A DNA stretch of 63,954 nucleotides, filler included, from Bigelowiella natans CCMP2755 (taxonomy: Eukaryota; Protista; Cercozoa), in assembly GCA_000320545.1 (NCBI GenBank). It is 8 parts of 8 records of this genome, joined end to end, with 100 filler letters (N's around TTAATTAATTAA, not from the genome) between each part and the next. Parts side by side here need not be neighbours in the genome. Positions count along the whole stretch, not along the records: positions 50,967 to 58,960 come from ADNK01000485.1; positions 59,061 to 63,954 come from ADNK01003628.1; 6 more parts are not named here. The stretch is one strand, 5' to 3'. The position numbers and the translations under genes were made by a program. The notes beneath the pieces were generated by a model. The model saw nothing but the letters and a program-made list of their open reading frames with translations. It did no database searches and was not told where the DNA came from. The stretch's first letter is position 1. Every line of letters starts with the position of its first letter. Below, one piece after another: positions 54,906-63,954 of the stretch.

Positions 54906-56404
54906 TCAGGTTCGGTACAGCTTCTGTATCTCCGAGAGGGTGCGACAAATCTCGACGAGATCCGTGCGCTTATGGTCTTTCACCTTGTGTCCGCTTTTAA
55001 AATAGGACATATAAATATCGTATAACCTGTGAGACTCTTTCGTGTTATAGGTTTTGAGGGCTGGAAGCAGCCTTGCCGGCATCTCGAGGAAGTCTAAGAT
55101 ATCTGTCAACGTGTTCTCAAAATTGTTCATGATGTCCTCGAACTTCACCGTGTACGTGCGGCGGTCATTCATTGTATTCTCGGTCACGTGCAGCATGCTG
55201 TTGATGATATAGAACATGGTAGCCGCTTCCAGGGCAAGGCCGAGGCGCCTACAGGTCAATTGTTATTGTTATTTCAGATGGTGGCCACGAGGATGAGATG
55301 GTTGAACATGATGGCAGTTAAAACAACAGGGCGAACTTGTTACTGGGTTTCTGTGGCGTTGAATTCAGTTTTTATGTTAAATTTTGCTTTCAGTGAAGTG
55401 TCGACGGCCACTAACGACGTAGCGACAAAATGTTATGATACTTAAAGTTTTTCTTCGTTAAGTTACCTTGGCAGCGCAACCAAGGCGTCGGCATATTTAA
55501 TTTTGTCTGGATCCATGCCCATCTCCTCTAATTTACTCGATGCGTTGCAATATATCTCGCGGAGAGGTTCAGGATAGCTTGTATATCCCTTGGATTCTTC
55601 CAACATTGCTGCCTCGAAGACGGGACATTCCTGCGGGGTAATGTGTATGATTTTGTTCTCACCCTCGTTCTTGCCTTTTGAACAGTACTCAGCCGCCGTC
55701 CTCGTGTTACACATCTTCTTCAGATTCGACGGGTGCTCGAGCGTCCACGTCTCTTTCCCCCCCATGTGGTACTTGTAGCCTGACGAAATCATCGAGCACG
55801 GCTCGCGCACGAAGTGTATGAAGCGGAAGTCCTCCGAATGTCTGGAGATGTTCTGTGGCAGCCACCGCTTCCAGTTGCCGTGAAATGTAATGGCTCTGCC
55901 ATGCAAGGAGTCAGATAAAATGTCTTCGAGTTTGGACTGAGAAGTATGCACGCTGCATTCGAGGGCGAGCTCGGAACAAATGCGGGCGAATAGCTTCCTT
56001 GCGAGGGTAGATCCGGTTTTGTGGTGAGCCCCTACAATCATGTAGGGCCGAGACTTTCCCGTGTCTGTGAGAAAGTACTGTCGCACGTTATGAACATGGC
56101 ACGCTCCCTTGATCGTGTTTCGGATCAGCCATTTTGCCCTCTCCTGATCCCGGGGGTGCCATTGGTTGATCTGGTCCTCATCCGGCTGCAAATTCTTTTT
56201 GACCCAAATGTCGATCATACCCGAGCAGGCGGTGTCAATAGCGACAAAAGCCTCGGGCAGAATCTCAGAAAGCAAAGTGAAGGCTATGATCGCCATGACT
56301 GCAATCCCAGTCAAGCAGCCCACACCACATGCCATGGTCCTGAGGCGACAGACACGGGCTTCTGTGTGGCTTTTAGGGGAGCGAGAAGGTGAGCCGTTCG
56401 GCAT
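54906..56404 (-). CDS. Membrane-anchored sulfotransferase-family protein (two large exons)
   Basis: N-terminal TM segment, 5'-PSB-like GAHHKTGST, 3'-PB-like FVREPCSMISSGYKYH, and VKFEDIM...ILDFL in exon 2. Confidence 0.75.
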
Positions 56405-56570
56405 TTTCGAGCAGCAGCAGCAGTAGCAGCGGGGCTGCTAGGAATCCAACAAGCGGCGGCTGATCTAGATCTATAATTGCATCCCTGCTGCGCAGCGCCG
56501 ATCCGTTTCGCCTCTTTGATGCATGCTGTGCGTGGACTGGTCACTGGGTCGCTGGTCCGGTCAGTTCCTC

Positions 56571-56617
56571 GGGTTTCCTAGGGTTTCCTAGGGTTTCCTA
56601 GGGTTTCCTAGGGTTTC
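56571..56617. repeat. (GGGTTTCCTA)4.7 telomere/telo-box-like tandem repeat
   Basis: Perfect 10-bp unit; the minus strand contains AAACCCTA repeatedly. Confidence 0.85.
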
Positions 56618-56982
56618 GAACTTTCTGCCAAGCGAGGCACGCTCGAGCTTTTTTCCCTTGGCGCAAGAGAAATAATCAGCGCAATTCTTCCTTCCGAAAA
56701 AATATTGTCGAAATTATAACGACTGACTTCTGGTAAAAGATGATGCATGCAAATGCACAGTGAACAACGAACAGAGAAATGTCCGAAGCATTGATGCATG
56801 TGTCCATGAATGATAACGTACATATCCCAGGAGCACTCTCTACTGCCCCGGCGAGAGCTGTGTGCTGATAATGGCGACGACGCGTGCGCGGCAGGCCCCG
56901 AACGTGCTGCGCCCCGCACACTAGGCTGCTTTATGATGATCAGGGACGACAGCAATGATATCCACCGGAAACGCATTCCACG

Positions 56983-57737
56983 TATGGTCCAATCCAAGAT
57001 CCTCTTCATTTGCGTGGCCTTCTCCGCGCTCTCACTGCTGCCGCCATCCTCGAGATCGCCGACGCCACTTTATGACGTTGCTTCTTCTCCTGCCCATAAG
57101 GGAGGCGGCAATAAGGGACCGAGGCGAGATGATCCAACAATACAGGCAGGCCCTTCCCCTCATTCTCGATGTAGAACCCAACCCTTGGACACACCATCAT
57201 CTTCACTTCCAAACCACAATACTCTGCAGAATGTGGGATCGCATCATCCCCTCCGTGCGTTCGGCAGGCAGTGGCGGGTCATCTACAGATTCTTAGGCGG
57301 TGAGTCATTGCGCTCTGGAAAGCCAAAGGGGCCGTCGTCGCCGTCCTGGAGAAACGGGTCTCATTCGAAGATGGCAATAAAAGGGGGGGGGGGGAGGAGG
57401 ACTAGTACGAGGAATAGCAGAAAGAGAGGAGACACGAGGGGGACGGGATGTGGTTTTCTTTGCTTCTTTGTGAATCAAAGTGCCTACTTAATGACAGAGA
57501 AATGGATACCAAAGGGAGGCGAAATGAATTTGGTCGCTACGGCGCAGGGGTAACGTAGCCATCACGTCATAACATTGGCTGCCATTAACGCTGCTTACTT
57601 TATCGCTCATTTATTTACATCTTCATAAAGTAAAACCCTGAATCTTCATTCTGCTCGCACCCACATAGCAGCCAAAGGTTTTCCCGCAAGAAGCGTTGAA
57701 CGAAGAGGCTCCTGACTCCGAAGTTTCTTCGGTAAGC

Positions 57738-57769
<32 letters not shown>

Positions 57770-57968
57770 TATGAACTTCGCGTCTACTACTAGGCTTGAC
57801 AAACAGAGAGCAACTGTTTAGCTCACTAGATCAAACCCTCGATGATGACGATAATGATTATGGTGAAGATGATGGCGGCGAGGGGATGATTGATGGGGAG
57901 AAGGACGACGACGATGATGATTTAGGAGGGGTACAAATAGGTCCTTCTCCAGTAAGAAGAGAGGAAGC

Positions 57969-58006
<38 letters not shown>

Positions 58007-58741
58007 TCTCCCGACTTCCTCTGTCTTTTGTTCTTCAGGAAATCGATCGCATAGACGAAGAAGAAGAAGAAGACGACGATGGTGGCGGTGGACAATCAAG
58101 TAGTAGGAATAGTAGTAGTAGTAGTAGTAGTAGTAGTAGCAGCAGCAGCAGGAGCAATAGTGGCAATGGTAGTAGCTATTTATTCACTGTATACTCTTTT
58201 TCCTTTGGTACTACTACGACGCATCGCGAGGATGATGATGATGATGATAATGTTTACCCCTCTTTCTCTCTGTCGTTCCTTCTCCCTCTCCATCAACCGT
58301 TGTTCGTACTACTACAATAATAACACAGGGATGAGGATGATGGCGGACACAAGTCGGTATGAAATCGTCGGTGAAGACGACGACGACGATGACGAGAGGA
58401 AAGAGCTGGGGGATGGAAGCAACGACAACGGCGATGATTACGGTGCTGTTAATGGTTATGGTGGCGATCGCTACGACGCCGGCAGAGACATCTCTTCGCT
58501 CTCCTTCTCCTCCTCCCCCTCCTCAAAAAGAGGCCAGAAGAGGCACAAGAGGAAGCAGAGGGTAGAAGAAGAGGAGGAGGTGGTGGAGGACGATGGCGAT
58601 ATTGGCGACGGTGATGACGAAGAAGACGAAGAAGAAGAAAGAAATTACGATGAAGACAGCGACGACGAGAACGACGACGAGGGCGAGGAGGATTTTGATG
58701 GCGACAATTATGAGATGAGGCAAATGAAGCACAGGTTATAG
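56983..58741 (+). CDS. Unknown protein with signal peptide and acidic low-complexity region (partial)
   Basis: Leader MVQSKILFICVAFSALSLLPP; short exon QPKVFPQEALNEEAPDSEVSS; D/E-rich exons. Confidence 0.4.
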
Positions 58742-58929
58742 CGTGCCTACGTTGCACATCACATTATTTTATGATTATATGCATCCCACACACACACACA
58801 CACACACACACACATTCCGAGAGAAAGAGAATGAGAGAGAGAGAGAGAGAGAGAGAGGAGGGGGAGGGGGGAGGGGGTAGGGGGGTGGGGGGGAGGGGAG
58901 GGGGAAAAAGAAGACACACACACACACAC

Positions 58930-58960
<31 letters not shown>

Positions 58961-59060
58961 NNNNNNNNNNNNNNNNNNNNNNNNNNNNNNNNNNNNNNNN
59001 NNNNTTAATTAATTAANNNNNNNNNNNNNNNNNNNNNNNNNNNNNNNNNNNNNNNNNNNN
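58961..59060. other. Artificial contig linker
   Basis: N44-TTAATTAATTAA-N44. Confidence 0.97.
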
Positions 59061-59590
59061 GCAGTAAAGTCCGGTCTCATTCCCGAGGTAGATAACAGCA
59101 TCCGCGGCCATGATCTCCCCGTGTTGTCTCCCTTGACGCTTCCTCGGCGAGAGGACATTTCTCGGAGCTTCTCCGCGCCACCGCCACAGCGCACATCAGT
59201 TACTCTGATGGAGTCGGAGGGCTGCAATTTTGCTCCAGACTTACCGAGATATTAGTCATGTGCAGCTTGTTACTGGCGCCTGCTTATCGATGTGGAGTAT
59301 CCCCAAAATGAGCGGTTCATGTGGGGGGGATTGAAGATCTTCAACGTGGCAGAAGATCCGTTCCGGGAGGCCTTGCCAGCAATGCGGACCTTGACCAAAT
59401 TTATAGTCCCCTGTATCCCTCCAAGGGCCACAGGTGTAGGCCCTTTTCACCCGGTTTTTCGTCGTTTGCCATGACCAGAAAGGGGTATGCCCCGGGGGGG
59501 GTGTGAAGGAGGTGTCAGAAAAAGGAAATTACGATTCTGGCGAGAATTCACTCTCTCTCTTCCCCCTCCTCCTCCTCCTCCTCCTCCTAG

Positions 59591-60404
59591 GACAAGGCAG
59601 GGAACACGCGCCTCTACACCGGCGACAGCGTGATCTTCGACATCTTCCTCGAGCTCGGAACAGGCCGAATGGGCGCCACGAATGTCCGCCTGGACGCCAC
59701 CGCGAACAGGGCCAAGGGCGTCGTGGAGAACGCCCACGGCAAGCCCGGCTTCTACATCAAGACCGCGTACAAGGTGCCAAGGAGCAACACGAACGAATAC
59801 GCCTTCTTTGACCGCTCCTCCGACCTCAAGCCAAGCGATCATGTGGAGTTCAGCGTCCGGAGGGACGGGAGCGGCAAGAAGAAACGCTTCACGGCGGTGA
59901 GGGTCGAGCGGGTTCCAACGCCTCCCAAGGCCGAGGACCTCGTGATCCGCGGCCTGTTCTACGGCAAGATCGTCAGCTACAGCCCCGGCCTCAACGCTCG
60001 CAAGCGCCAAAAAGGCAAGAACGGGAAGCTCCTCCCGCCCCAGCCGCGGGGGCGGCTGAGCTTCAAGAGGCTCGACTTCACGGCGGGAGGCGAGCGGAAG
60101 AAAGACGAGCACGGCAATGACCGACTCGTGGTTCATGAGATGGACTTTGGCCGCGACGCCTTGGGGGCGGAGGCGCGAATGAAGAGGGGGTGGGGGTTCA
60201 TTCGGAACGACATCGTCAGCTTCACTCTGAGCTATGACCTAAGGATGCGGCTCAAAGTCCGGAATCTGCAGATAGTGAAAGAGGCTGGTAATACCGAGAG
60301 GGAAGCTGTAGTCGTCGTAGCAGTAGTAGTAGTAGTAGTAGTAGGAATAGTATGTTGTTCTTTATGCGCTGCAGTTGTTGTATTGATAGATAAAATTGAT
60401 TATA

Positions 60405-60468
<64 letters not shown>

Positions 60469-60979
60469 AGTGTGTGTGTGTGTAATACTATTTATATTAT
60501 CATATTATCATATTATATCCACATCCCCACGAACGAATGCTATACCAAACCAATATGCGCGGCGGCGGCGCCCAATCGCCCAATGCTGCTGCCGGCCCCA
60601 TCATTCCCCCGAACCCTAACCCTAACCCCCCCTCCTCCTCCTCCTCCTCCTCCTCCTCCTCTCAGACGAAGGACGCGTGCGAGGGATCATCGTCAATATC
60701 GACAAGGAAGGGCAGTTCTTCTTCATCCGCGCCACGGACCGCATGGAGGAGATCTACGCGAAAACGCACGAGATCGAAGGCGGCGAGGACCGCCCCCCCA
60801 AGACGAACATGGAGGTTGAGTTCAACGTCGTGGAGGAGGGGAAGCGCAAGTACGGCATGCGCGTGCGCTATCTGTCCAAGGGCACCGTGCAGTTCCAAAA
60901 GGTCCTTGAGGAGACGCATGTAGGGGTCATCACCTCGGATATGATCTCCGAGAGTGTGCAGCGGCCAGGTGGCTTTCCC

Positions 60980-61010
<31 letters not shown>

Positions 61011-61060
61011 CTTTTGCGTGATACCGATATTGATTTCCGCGCGCGCGCGCGCGCGCGACA

Positions 61061-61097
<37 letters not shown>

Positions 61098-61258
61098 TAA
61101 AGTTTCTTGCCCGTTCCTCTCTTCTTCCTCTTCTTTTTCTTCTTCTTCTTCTTCTTCTTCCTTGAATAAACAGCTTTTCCTACATCCGCATATATCCCCT
61201 GTATCATTTATCTACACAACACCCCAACACACACACAATAATATCTATAATTTATGTA

Positions 61259-61298
<40 letters not shown>

Positions 61299-62930
61299 GA
61301 GAACAGTCGCATGAGCAATCTCCATCACTCTCGCAGTAGCAGCAGCCGAGCAGTCGTGGTGGGGCGGCTAAAGATCATGGAAAAGGACGCAAAGGAGACC
61401 TCCGCAGACGGGGGTAAGGAGGCCCCAGCCAGTAAAGGCAAGAGCGGTGCGCGCGAATTCACGTTCTACGACGGCAGCGTCAAGGGCTTCGATAACAAGC
61501 GCGTTGTGCTGCTCAAGGGGGATATCGTGACCTTCAAGTTCCAGCTTAACACGCGGACAGGCAAGCAGAAACCCGTTGATATCGAGCTCAAAGAGCGGTA
61601 TAACGAGAGCAAGGTTCGTTGCATTTTGACGTGTACTCAATCCCCGCGCCACCACCACCTACTACTGCTATTGCTGCCGCTGCTGAACAGCTCGTTCCAG
61701 CGCCATTCGTCCTCATCGCATTCCCCGTTTTTCTTCGCCGCTTTGCCCTTGTATTTATTTGTTTGCAGGTTGTGGGTATGATTGCCTCCTTCCAACGCAC
61801 TCCTGCGTTCGTTCATATTGTCCCCCCCCCGCCGCTGCCAAAGAGCGGGGCTGCCACCCAGGAGCACGTCAAGGCGTTGGACGAGTAATTGCCGTGCAAA
61901 AAGCCGTGAATGAAAAAAATGATGTTACGTGATATAGCATAAAAGACTATGACGGTTGCGATGATGATGATGATGATGATGCTAACACAAAGTTGTCGCA
62001 AGCGCGCCGTTCTCAGTGAATCACTTTCTCCCTCCCCCCTCCCCCCCTCTTCTCATCACAATGCAATGCAGGCACAATGCGAAATCACACAAACGGGTGA
62101 AGTACCGATATTTCTCCGACCAAATCGCGGACCTGAACCTGAAGAAAGGCGACATCATTGAATTCAACGTCTCGAATACGGAGAAGCGAGCGTATGGCAG
62201 CAGCAGCGGCGACCAGACTTCAGGGTAAATTATCAACTAATCAACCATTGATTGCGTGCGATTCGATGCTTCCAGCAAAATCGTGTGATAGTTGGCCGAA
62301 AGCATGATCTTTTCATTATCTAACAACAAATCTCGATTATGCATACGGAAGAAGTCTTGTAGCAATCCACGTGCGTTTATCGATCCGCTCTGATGACACG
62401 TTCCCCTCTCTTCCCCCCTCTCCCATCCTCGCTCACAGACCCGGCGGCGCGGAGGTCGGCGGGACCGCGGTGCGGTTCCAGCTCTTGCTCAGTAGCTACC
62501 AAAGGCGCGATAAACTTAAACAAATCGATCGTCTCCGCCCCAAGATTCCTCCGGAACGATGCCTCGCCACTGTTACGCGCCTCCCGCTGCGCAGCGGCGG
62601 AGGCGGCAATAGCAGCGGCGCTGCGGGGGGGAGGAACAGCCGATCTGGCTACGGCACGAGCCAAAACTACCACGCCATCGCCTTCCCGCTCTCCCTCGCA
62701 TCTTCCTCGTCTTCGACGAATGCGGAGGACGAGAATGCGCCGGGGGGGGGAGCGGCAGCGCCAGCGCCAGCGGCCGCGGCGGACACGGAGGCAAAGGAGG
62801 GCGGGAACGAGGAGAGCGGGGCGGCATCTGCGTTGCACGAAGAGTCGTCGACGAAAACGAAAAAGGCTGCCCAGGATGGCATTCACTGCGTATTCACGAG
62901 TCACGGATTTGTGAAACGGTAGTCCGCAGC

Positions 62931-62968
<38 letters not shown>

Positions 62969-63349
62969 GTAGTGATTGCTTTAGTGCGGGGCAGCAGACA
63001 CACCGCAACAACCAATGAAGAATTGTCCAGTTCCATGTTCCTCCTGCGCCGCGCCGCGTCGCGCCCCGACCGTCCGCCGGTTGCTTTGCTTTACAAGCGT
63101 CGTTGCAATTTTGTTTGTAAGAAAGGAGAAGGTGGGATGAAAGGGGAAGGGGGGGGGGGGGGGGGCTGCCCCCAGGCCATTCCCCAAGCGGATTCTACCC
63201 CTCCCGATGACCAACGGATGGCGTGTGATTTCCTCTCCCCCCCCCTCTCCTCCTCCTCCTTTTCATCAATACCAGGTCAACTTACCTGAAAGTGGGCGAT
63301 AAGATATGGCTCGAGCTCGACGGAAAGCGGGTCAAAAACTGGATCGCAT

Positions 63350-63382
<33 letters not shown>

Positions 63383-63742
63383 CTAACAACGCCGCGGACG
63401 GGCTGGCGGCCTCGTCGTCCTCGAAGCGGTATCATCATCACCGCAACTCGCCCCCCCCGCTCACCGCGCAGAAGGTGGAGATGGTGCCAAAGAAGGCCGT
63501 TTGCATCGGCCCCCGGCTGCTGAAGGACCTCGAAACAGGGGAGATCTACACGGAAAAGGCAAACTTTAACATCGTCAAGAAGAGTGAGGCCATCGCCGCA
63601 TCGTCGCCGGTGAAGAAAGGAACAGAGAATTCGGCGGGCAAAGAGGAGCAGAAGCAGGGGGGGGGGAACAACGATGAGGCCAGCCTTCCTTCCACTGCGG
63701 AGAAGGGTGGTGAAGAGGGGGGGGCAGACGCTAAGGGAAAAG
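59591..63742 (+). CDS. CSDE1/UNR-like multi-cold-shock-domain RNA-binding protein (partial)
   Basis: Repeated OB/CSD modules: GDSVIFDI...ATNVRL, DHVEFSVRR, RGIIVNIDKEGQFFFIR...EVEFNVV...LSKGTVQF, GDIVTFKF, KGDIIEFNV. Confidence 0.75.
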
Positions 63743-63846
63743 GTATCAATCAGCTTCGTCTTTTTATTCCGATGTTGGAACCTACACGCACGCACACACA
63801 CAAGCACACAAACACACACACACACACACACACACATTCTCATGTC

Positions 63847-63891
<45 letters not shown>

Positions 63892-63954
63892 TTTACACAC
63901 TGGTATATATTACAATATACGTGTTGCTTTTTCGATAAAAATCGGCCTGATGCG

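Noticed and set aside
59447-60136. 229-aa antisense ORF opposite the CSDE1-like exon
   Set aside because: Expected shadow of a GC3-rich coding exon.
60612-60628. AACCCTAACCCTAACCC telomere-like sequence
   Set aside because: Under three units inside an intron; too short to call an interstitial telomere.

Overview
This is eukaryotic, intron-rich nuclear DNA, not prokaryotic. Eight contigs are joined by seven artificial 100-bp linkers (N44-TTAATTAATTAA-N44). Most six-frame ORFs are artefacts of intronic microsatellites. Stitching exons at GT-AG sites by eye gives these genes: a PP4R1-like HEAT protein, prolyl oligopeptidase, a 2xSKICH-like/coiled-coil/tandem-Tudor protein, a membrane protein with a 14-microexon array, a Sec14/CRAL-TRIO protein, a CAMK/CDPK-type kinase, a SETD3/LSMT-type methyltransferase, a DUF3431 protein, ornithine aminotransferase, a signal-peptide glyoxalase/VOC protein, a MATE transporter, B3GNTL1/QTGAL, importin-4, a sulfotransferase and a CSDE1/UNR-like protein. 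Bipartite-looking leaders suggest a protist with a secondary plastid, possibly a chlorarachniophyte (inference). The most striking unexplained signal is a set of intergenic blocks depleted of TpA but rich in TpG/CpA with CpG intact. One block has 530 bp with no TA at all (20707-21236), and its surviving TAs are mostly CTAG. These blocks sit downstream of gene 3' ends and suggest a localised TA->TG/CA hypermutation or base-modification system. All gene models and family calls were made by eye, so boundaries are approximate.
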